Part shown: piece after piece, positions 58,312 through 64,000 of the stretch
Position numbering within the stretch: position 1 is the stretch's first letter
How the letters are laid out: each line of letters starts with the position of its first letter
From: Lachnoclostridium sp.
Lineage (GTDB): Bacteria > Bacillota > Clostridia > Lachnospirales > Lachnospiraceae
Assembly: GCA_023664665.1 (NCBI GenBank)
Contig: JAMPEY010000007.1
Coordinates: 14,899-78,898 of the forward strand
Length of the DNA: 64,000 nucleotides
Direction of reading: 5' to 3'
Notes under the pieces: model-generated
Databases searched by the model: none
Seen by the model: only the letters and a program-made list of their open reading frames with translations
Told to the model about the DNA's origin: nothing
Program-made: the position numbers and the translations under genes

Positions 58312-59667
58312 TTACTGTGCCAAAGGAGCTGTGGCGCCTGTCAGCAAATCATCCAATGCTTTCTGGATTTCTTCTTTGTTATCCCTATTAAATGTTCCCT
58401 GAGCAATATTTTCCCCAAAAGTCTTTGTGGTATCCCAATAGTTATCGCCAACCAACTGAATCACTCCGTAAGCAGACTGCTCCGCCAATGCGGCTATTGC
58501 AACATTTGCCTTTACTTCATCGGAAGAAGCCGCATTAATGTTGGAAGGGCCGAGCGCTCTTTCATTAAAACGAATTACCTGATTCTCCTCATTGGTAATC
58601 CACTCTGCCAATAACGCCGCCCATCCCGCGTTCTGTGAATAGGCGTTTACACCTACCAGTTTACAGCCGATTACGGAACCCTGCTGAACCTGTTGACCGT
58701 TTACGGTAAAGGTAGGAAGCTTTGTCGCCGCATAACCGTCTCCAAAGACTTTCTGCGCCGCTTCCGCATCCCAGACACCGGAAACCACTGCACACAAATC
58801 TCCGGAAGCAATCTGGTTGGACAAATCATTGTCCGCCACTGCCATAAATGCGCTGTTCCCGGCGATATCCAACATGCCCTGCACTACCTGTACCCCTGTG
58901 TATCCCGCCTTAGAAGTCTGGTTCCAATCCATATCCGTGCCTCCGTCTTCCCTCTTTTCGGTGATAAATCCCGCACCATAGAAGAAAGAAGCATTATACC
59001 ATCCGGAAGCCAAAGTCATGCCGACCCTTTTGCCACCCCTGCCGGCAGCCTCAAGCAGAGTATCCCAGCTCTTTGCATCATCGGCAGACACAATATTGGA
59101 ATTATAGAACAGGAAATAACCGTTATCGGCCGTCATGGGAAATGCGTACAAGGTATCCTTGTATGTGGCTGCTTCCACAGAACCGGAAGAATTTGCGTTT
59201 TTTATATCAACCACACCCTTGCCGGCGTACGCCTTTAACGCGTCATCCAAAGAATCGATGGACATGAGCGCACCGGCATCAACCAAGGTAGGAAGCTGGT
59301 CGGAAGCAAACGCATATACATCCGCCGCAGCCTGAATATCCGTCAGCACGGTATCCCTCGCGGTAGCTTCGGACTCCACGCCAAGCTGAATATTAAAATT
59401 TGCCTTATCCCCATAATTCTCTTTGAAAGAATCAATCATTTCCTGAAGCATCTTCTGGTCTTCCTCCGCTCCCCAGATTCTTAAGGATACATTCTGTAAT
59501 CCGCCGCCGGAAGCTGTCTCCCCGGAATCGGAAACGCTGCTTTCCTGCGTTCCCGTATTCTTGCTGCAGGCAGCAAATGTAAATACCATGGCTGCTGCCA
59601 TAAACAATGCAACTGCTTTTTTCACTTTTCTTACCTCCCTGTTAAATATTGACTTTATTTCAGTCAT
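58312..59667 (-). CDS. Extracellular solute-binding lipoprotein (SBP family 1) of the sugar ABC transporter
   Basis: Lipobox FAACSKN, 451 aa, typical family-1 SBP composition. Confidence 0.85.
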   Translation of the reverse strand: MTEIKSIFNREVRKVKKAVALFMAAAMVFTFAACSKNTGTQESSVSDSGETASGGGLQNVSLRIWGAEEDQKMLQEMIDSFKENYGDKANFNIQLGVESEATARDTVLTDIQAAADVYAFASDQLPTLVDAGALMSIDSLDDALKAYAGKGVVDIKNANSSGSVEAATYKDTLYAFPMTADNGYFLFYNSNIVSADDAKSWDTLLEAAGRGGKRVGMTLASGWYNASFFYGAGFITEKREDGGTDMDWNQTSKAGYTGVQVVQGMLDIAGNSAFMAVADNDLSNQIASGDLCAVVSGVWDAEAAQKVFGDGYAATKLPTFTVNGQQVQQGSVIGCKLVGVNAYSQNAGWAALLAEWITNEENQVIRFNERALGPSNINAASSDEVKANVAIAALAEQSAYGVIQLVGDNYWDTTKTFGENIAQGTFNRDNKEEIQKALDDLLTGATAPLAQ

Positions 59668-59783
59668 TATGTCCTTTTACACATCTATTATTCAAATTCA
59701 GTATATCCCCCTTAATGCGCTTTAATCATCCACAACAAAAATAGGACCGACTTTTCAGTCGGTCCCACATGATAAATCTTATA

Positions 59784-60140
59784 TTATGATTCGGAATTCT
59801 TTTCGATGCATTGTATAATCTGTTCCTGTACAGGAAGAATATCCACCAAAAGCTCCCTTGCTTTCTCCGGATTGCCTGCTCGCAGCTCATTTACAATCTC
59901 AGTATAGGCTTCATACAACGGGGTTATGGACAAGTTTCCCGAAGTCCCCTTAATGGCATGGGTTTTCTCAATGGCAACCGTGCAGTCTGCCGCATCAAAA
60001 TCCGGAGCCAGGGAATTCTCCCTGAGCGTTTTGACAAAAGAACCTAAGAGCCTCTTATAAAGAGCTTCATTTCCCATAATGCGCTTCAGTCCTTCGTCGA
60101 CATTTACACCTAAATCCCTCAATTCATCCAATAAGCTCAC
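59784..60140 (-). CDS. Stand-alone Hpt (histidine phosphotransfer) domain protein
   Basis: HAIKGTSGNL motif, 118 aa four-helix-bundle size. Confidence 0.65.
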   Translation of the reverse strand: MSLLDELRDLGVNVDEGLKRIMGNEALYKRLLGSFVKTLRENSLAPDFDAADCTVAIEKTHAIKGTSGNLSITPLYEAYTEIVNELRAGNPEKARELLVDILPVQEQIIQCIEKNSES

Positions 60141-60242
60141 TGAAAATCCCTCCTTTTTCTAAAATTTTGCTGCCGCATTATGATAATCAAGCTAATGCGG
60201 CAGCTTTTAAGCTAAACTGTATACTTATCAGTTGGATTGAAA

Positions 60243-61745
60243 TTAATATTTTCCAAAATCGTCTCCAAGAGAAATTACCTGCTCATTGGAGCTTACCTGA
60301 GAAGGGTATGAGGAGGAACCGCCTCTAAAGGAAGCCGATCCGCCTGCAGAGCCGGAACCCAGATTGTAGATGGAGAGCATCTCTCTCATTCTGGACGCCT
60401 GATTGGACAGTTCTTCGCTGGCTGCCGCACACTCCTCGCTGGTAGCGGAGTTGGTCTGTACTACCTGAGATACCTGTGTGATTGCCTGCTCGATCTGTGC
60501 AACTGCAGTTGCCTGATAGTTGGAGGACTCTGCAATATTGTTGATAATAAGTTCGCTTTCCTGTACCACCTTGGTAATCTCTTCCATTGCCTTTGCCGTA
60601 TTCTCTGCAATTCTGGAACCGGAGTTTACATTCTCAATGGAACCTTCAATCAGTTCAGCAGTCTCTGCCGATGCTGCCGCACTCTTTGCCGCAAGGCTTC
60701 TTACTTCCTCGGCAACCACTGCGAAACCTTTTCCTGCCTCGCCTGCTCTTGCTGCCTCAACTGCTGCGTTCAGTGCAAGGATGTTGGTCTGGAATGCAAT
60801 ATCATCAATGGTCTTGATAATCTTGGAAATGCTTTCGGATGACTTGTTGATATCCTGCATGGCAACCATCATATCCTGCATCTGCTGATTGCCCTGTTTT
60901 ACATCATCGATTGCCTTTGCAACCAGAGTTGCCGCATCATTTGCCTGTTCCGCATTCTGCTTGGTCTTCTCTGCGATTTCATCGATAGAAGCGGTAATCT
61001 CCTGAATAGCGCTTGCCTGCTCTGTGGAGCCCTGTGCCAATGCCTGACTGGCGCTTGCCACCTGTGAAGAGCTTACGGTAACCTGAGAACCTGCCTCGCT
61101 GATATTGGACAGTGTATGAAGGTTGTCATCCACCAGCTTCTTAAGGGAGTTGCCCAGCAAGTCTTCCGGAGACTTCGGCGTAACCTTGATGGTCAGGTTG
61201 CCGTTTGACACTTCCTCTGCAATCTGCGCCTGATACTTAATGTTGTCAATCACCTGTGTATACTTATCTACCAGCTCGCCGAACTCATCGTTATTGTACT
61301 TCACCAGCTTAATATTCACACGCCCCATAGCGATGTCGCTGGCTGCATTGGACAGCTGTGTGACAGACTTGTTGATAATCTTTATCAAAGAGAATGCAAT
61401 CATAAGAGTTACTATCACTGAAAATATAATCATTGCAAAGCTGATAATATTAGATATCGTTGCAATCTGGTTGATATTCTGCATATCATCTGTTTTCACT
61501 GCAGTAAGCGCATCTGTAAGAACCTGTGACTTCGATGAATCTGCGCCGATTTGAACTAATGTTTCCTCAACTGTCTTGAATTCTTCTTCCTGCATCTTTG
61601 TGATGGAATTTGTAATCCGGTTCACGGATGACATCCCGACTATCACATTAATAATGGTAAGCAGAATCGGGATTGCAAAACCAATAATCATTTTTGTTTT
61701 CATCTTCATGTTTTTCATTGTTTCATACCTCTCATTCCTCTTCAA
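60243..61745 (-). CDS. Methyl-accepting chemotaxis protein (TM-HAMP-signalling domain)
   Basis: Highly conserved MCP signalling hairpin ([37 protein letters not shown]). Confidence 0.92.
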   Translation of the reverse strand: MKRNERYETMKNMKMKTKMIIGFAIPILLTIINVIVGMSSVNRITNSITKMQEEEFKTVEETLVQIGADSSKSQVLTDALTAVKTDDMQNINQIATISNIISFAMIIFSVIVTLMIAFSLIKIINKSVTQLSNAASDIAMGRVNIKLVKYNNDEFGELVDKYTQVIDNIKYQAQIAEEVSNGNLTIKVTPKSPEDLLGNSLKKLVDDNLHTLSNISEAGSQVTVSSSQVASASQALAQGSTEQASAIQEITASIDEIAEKTKQNAEQANDAATLVAKAIDDVKQGNQQMQDMMVAMQDINKSSESISKIIKTIDDIAFQTNILALNAAVEAARAGEAGKGFAVVAEEVRSLAAKSAAASAETAELIEGSIENVNSGSRIAENTAKAMEEITKVVQESELIINNIAESSNYQATAVAQIEQAITQVSQVVQTNSATSEECAAASEELSNQASRMREMLSIYNLGSGSAGGSASFRGGSSSYPSQVSSNEQVISLGDDFGKY

Positions 61746-62274
61746 TATTCATTTCACTTGCTTGTTCCACAACTGATAAGTCTTCGTCGTTCAACAATTT
61801 GTCGGGGTCTAACAAAAGCTTTACCGCATCGCCCACTTTACCGATACCATATACATATTTGTTCTGTATCTTATCAACGCGTCCGAATGTAGGCGGCGGC
61901 AGTATGTTCTCTTCCCTGATTTCAACAACTTCTGCAATCTGCTCTACAATCAGTCCAACCATCATAGACTTCACGCTGATGACAATGATGCAGGTTCTGT
62001 CGTTATACTCAAAAGGGGGCTGTTTGAATCTCAGCCGAACATCAACCACGGGAATGACTTTTCCGCGCAAATTGATAAGACCTTTGATATAATCCTCCGT
62101 TTCCGGAATTGCCGTAATCGTCTGTAGCTGAATAATTTCATTTACATATTGGATTTCCAGCCCGAAGAACTCTTTTCCGGATTTGAAGGTCATATACTTT
62201 CCTTTTTGCGTATCACGCTCATATGGATCGACATAATCTTCCATCTGTCTCCTCAGTTCGATTTCTTCATCCAT
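61732..62274 (-). CDS. cheW: Chemotaxis coupling protein CheW
   Basis: CheW-like domain, 180 aa. Overlaps the MCP start. Confidence 0.88.
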   Translation of the reverse strand: MDEEIELRRQMEDYVDPYERDTQKGKYMTFKSGKEFFGLEIQYVNEIIQLQTITAIPETEDYIKGLINLRGKVIPVVDVRLRFKQPPFEYNDRTCIIVISVKSMMVGLIVEQIAEVVEIREENILPPPTFGRVDKIQNKYVYGIGKVGDAVKLLLDPDKLLNDEDLSVVEQASEMNIEEE

Positions 62275-62302
62275 GTGATATACCGTTCCTTTCTATAATT
62301 TT

Positions 62303-64000
62303 TTATTCTATCAATCCGGCTGCATCCAATATCAGGGCAATGCTTCCATCTCCAAGCTGTGTACAGCCTGACAGCCCTTTAACCTTCTTGATATAAGAGG
62401 GAATCGGTTTCACAACGATTTCCTGTTCCCCAACCAGTCTGTCAACTAAAAGACAAACTCTCTTATCCTCTACCTCAAGAATTAACATTACGCCATTCTC
62501 TACGGATTCCTGATAATGCTCCAGACCATACCATTTGCCCAGCTTGAGCACAGGGAAACAGTCACCTCGTATCATGACATATTCATCGCCGTTAGGCTCC
62601 TGAATCATCATGTCTTCCCTTACACGAACAAATTCCTTAATCGCGCCGGTCTCCATGACAAAGGAAGAATCTCCGATTTCCATGACTATACCGTCTATAA
62701 TGGCAAGCGTCAGCGGAATCTTAAGGCTCATGATACTTCCCATGCCCGGCGTACTCTCAATTTCCAGAGCGCCGCCGATTGCCTGAATATTCTGGACTAC
62801 CACATCCATTCCGACACCTCGTCCCGAATACTCCGTGACTTGTTCGTTGGTGGAGAAGCCCGGCAGGGTAATGAGTTGATAAACTTCCTTGTCGCTATAT
62901 GCGCTGTCCGGCTTATTGTCATCCAAAATCCCCTGCTTCCTTGCCTTGGCGAGTATCTTCTCCCTGTCAAGTCCCGCGCCGTCATCCTCCACGGAAATCC
63001 ATACTTTTCCGGCTTCCGTTTTTGCCGACAAGGTAACCGTACCTTTCTCGGATTTCCCGTGTTCCTTACGCTCCTCTTTCGACTCGATTCCATGGTCTAC
63101 GGAGTTTCTGACAATATGCATCAACGGGTCGGAAATATGCTCGATGATGTTCTTATCCACCTCTGTATTTTCGCCTACCATCACAAACTCAATGTCTTTT
63201 CCAAGCTTTCTGGATACATCAAAGACAATTCTGTTCATCTTCTGGAAGGTATTTGCCAGAGGCACCATCCTCATGGACATAATCACATTCTGCAGATCCG
63301 TGGAAATCTTTGATAACTGTGCCGCCGCTTTATTGAAGTTATCCAGATTTAAGCCCGGAACCCTCAAATCGGAGTTCTGCAGTACCACCGATTCCTGAAT
63401 GACCAATTCGCCGATCAGCTCCATCAACTGATCCATCTTGCTGATATTCACACTGATAAAGGCAGCCTTTTCCACTTTCGGCTTATCCTTTGCCAGCTTT
63501 TTCTTTTTGCCCGGTTCCTTTGACTGGATAACGAAATCACCGGGAGCAATGGCATCCTTTGCAGGCTTCTTCTCCTGCGCCTTTTCCTCCGCCTCTTTCG
63601 TTTCTTCAGCCTCGTGGACTCTCGCTTCTATATCTTCTACACTGGAATCCAGATCGATTGCCGGCGCAATCGGATGGTCATCACCAAAGTCAAAGCCCTG
63701 ATGAAATTCTTCAGGTTTACACTCGTAGATATCCACCTTTTCGATGTCATATCCCTCACCGATATATTCCCTGATTTCCGCCTCCGAGCACTGCGCCTGA
63801 AGGAGAATTTTAAATCCGTCCTTCAAAATGGTCTCTGCGCTGGATTCATCGGCAATGATGTCCTCCGGCGAATACAAAATATCTTCCGCAATCTCCTTCA
63901 ATGCATACACAGTCTTGTATGCATGGACATTTGCCATCTCCGTTTCCTGAAAAAAGGTAATGTAAATCTTGTAAAAGCGACTGTCTTTTGTGGCTACCGG
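62303..64000 (-). CDS. cheA: Chemotaxis histidine kinase CheA, 5'-partial (frame open to the window edge beyond the annotated Met at 63937)
   Basis: P3 dimerisation, HATPase_c (DDGAGLD, GRGVGMDVV) and P5 CheW-like domains. No stop codon between 63938 and 64000 in frame. Confidence 0.88.
   Translation of the reverse strand, partial: PVATKDSRFYKIYITFFQETEMANVHAYKTVYALKEIAEDILYSPEDIIADESSAETILKDGFKILLQAQCSEAEIREYIGEGYDIEKVDIYECKPEEFHQGFDFGDDHPIAPAIDLDSSVEDIEARVHEAEETKEAEEKAQEKKPAKDAIAPGDFVIQSKEPGKKKKLAKDKPKVEKAAFISVNISKMDQLMELIGELVIQESVVLQNSDLRVPGLNLDNFNKAAAQLSKISTDLQNVIMSMRMVPLANTFQKMNRIVFDVSRKLGKDIEFVMVGENTEVDKNIIEHISDPLMHIVRNSVDHGIESKEERKEHGKSEKGTVTLSAKTEAGKVWISVEDDGAGLDREKILAKARKQGILDDNKPDSAYSDKEVYQLITLPGFSTNEQVTEYSGRGVGMDVVVQNIQAIGGALEIESTPGMGSIMSLKIPLTLAIIDGIVMEIGDSSFVMETGAIKEFVRVREDMMIQEPNGDEYVMIRGDCFPVLKLGKWYGLEHYQESVENGVMLILEVEDKRVCLLVDRLVGEQEIVVKPIPSYIKKVKGLSGCTQLGDGSIALILDAAGLIE

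Overview
This 64 kb window looks like chromosomal DNA from a Clostridia-class Firmicute. The strongest pointers are the SCIFF radical-SAM peptide system, a CIRCE-controlled groESL, fused secDF, the folC-folE-HD-folP-folBK operon and the Gram-positive-style pyrBI. Most of the window is core housekeeping: folate biosynthesis, pyrBI, secDF, aspS-hisS, groESL, mgtE, PBP1A, and a [FeFe]-hydrogenase with a GltD-like partner. Between these sit accessory islands: an ApbE/NusG_II/Gx-transporter cluster, a YD-repeat lipoprotein beside an Rpn-like nuclease, two ABC exporters with an orphan Sfp-type PPTase, and a GH43 xylosidase. Further islands hold two tandem GtrC-like membrane paralogs, a galactan locus (SBP-permease-permease-GH53-unknown 631 aa protein) and the start of a chemotaxis cluster (Hpt-MCP-CheW-CheA). 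I found no CRISPR array, rRNA/tRNA gene, prophage or obvious transposon. Features that an ORF track would not explain are: (i) a 47-codon SCIFF precursor hidden inside a 79-aa frame, with a triple 17-bp direct repeat of GCATnATGC palindromes upstream of its promoter; (ii) a family of compound palindromic elements abutting gene 3' ends, including a 160-bp groES-groEL spacer; (iii) a 58-codon FeoB-associated Cys-rich peptide with no feoB nearby; (iv) in-frame minisatellite repeats inside three genes; (v) a tandem duplication of a ~550-aa membrane protein; (vi) a 631-aa unclassifiable protein at the beta-galactosidase position of a gan-like operon. I could not identify a clear-cut novel defence or toxin system. 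The candidates are listed with modest interest scores.
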